From Hyphochytrium catenoides (lineage: Eukaryota > Protista > Hyphochytriomycota): a stretch of DNA of 64,000 nucleotides. The DNA lies in contig FLMG01003999.1 of the NCBI GenBank assembly GCA_900088475.1, forward strand, positions 62,001 through 126,000, given 5' to 3'. The stretch's first letter is position 1. Every line of letters starts with the position of its first letter. The notes beneath the pieces are model-generated. The model was not told where the DNA came from and ran no database searches. It saw only the letters and a program-made list of their open reading frames with translations. Shown piece by piece: positions 63,701 through 64,000 of this stretch. A program made the position numbers and the translations under genes.

Positions 63701-64000
63701 CTATGTGGGGGGTTAAATCTTGCTCGTCATGTATCATAACCCTCAACTAGCTCTAGAAACAGAAAGAATTTTTGACTGATTGCTTTGGTGAGTGCCCCTT
63801 CTGGCGAAACGTCATCAAATGTATGGATATATTATTAGCTCGTCATTGGCTCACCATCAATAAGATATCCCCACTGCTGTGTGTATAATAAACATCAACC
63901 CTTGGTACTTGTTGCTCATCGTTGCTCTCCGTAAGGTCACTGCTGCTGCTGTGAGGGTTGAATAATGGGATTGCTGTTGTAAAATTCAACGTAAGCCGGC

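Overview
Eukaryotic nuclear DNA of roughly 50% GC, using the standard genetic code, with many short, pyrimidine-rich GT-AG introns. Gene content suggests a protist, most plausibly a stramenopile (inference). I can reconstruct about 14 protein-coding genes by splicing ORF fragments by eye. In order: an MFS myo-inositol/sugar transporter (-); an intronless 1132-aa GT71 mannosyltransferase with four Cys-rich repeats and a second CAP59/GT69-like domain (-); a long coiled-coil protein (+); eIF2B gamma (+); a STE11/MEKK-type kinase (-); KRR1 (+); a TMEM135-like protein (-); a mucin/SEA-like type I membrane protein (-); a stand-alone BED zinc-finger protein (+); an orphan disordered ORF (+); a compact lipin phosphatase (+); a giant USP9/24-like deubiquitinase (-); an ANO8/10-like anoctamin (+, spans an 89-N gap); and an orphan secreted protein (+). 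No rRNA, tRNA, CRISPR array or intact mobile element was seen. The most unusual items are the two-domain glycosyltransferase, the deubiquitinase carrying tandem Tudor-like, ubiquitin-like, EF-hand and NZF modules, the linker-less lipin, the non-RD (HGD) MAPKKK and the free-standing BED finger gene. Exon boundaries and family calls come from motif recognition, not database searches.
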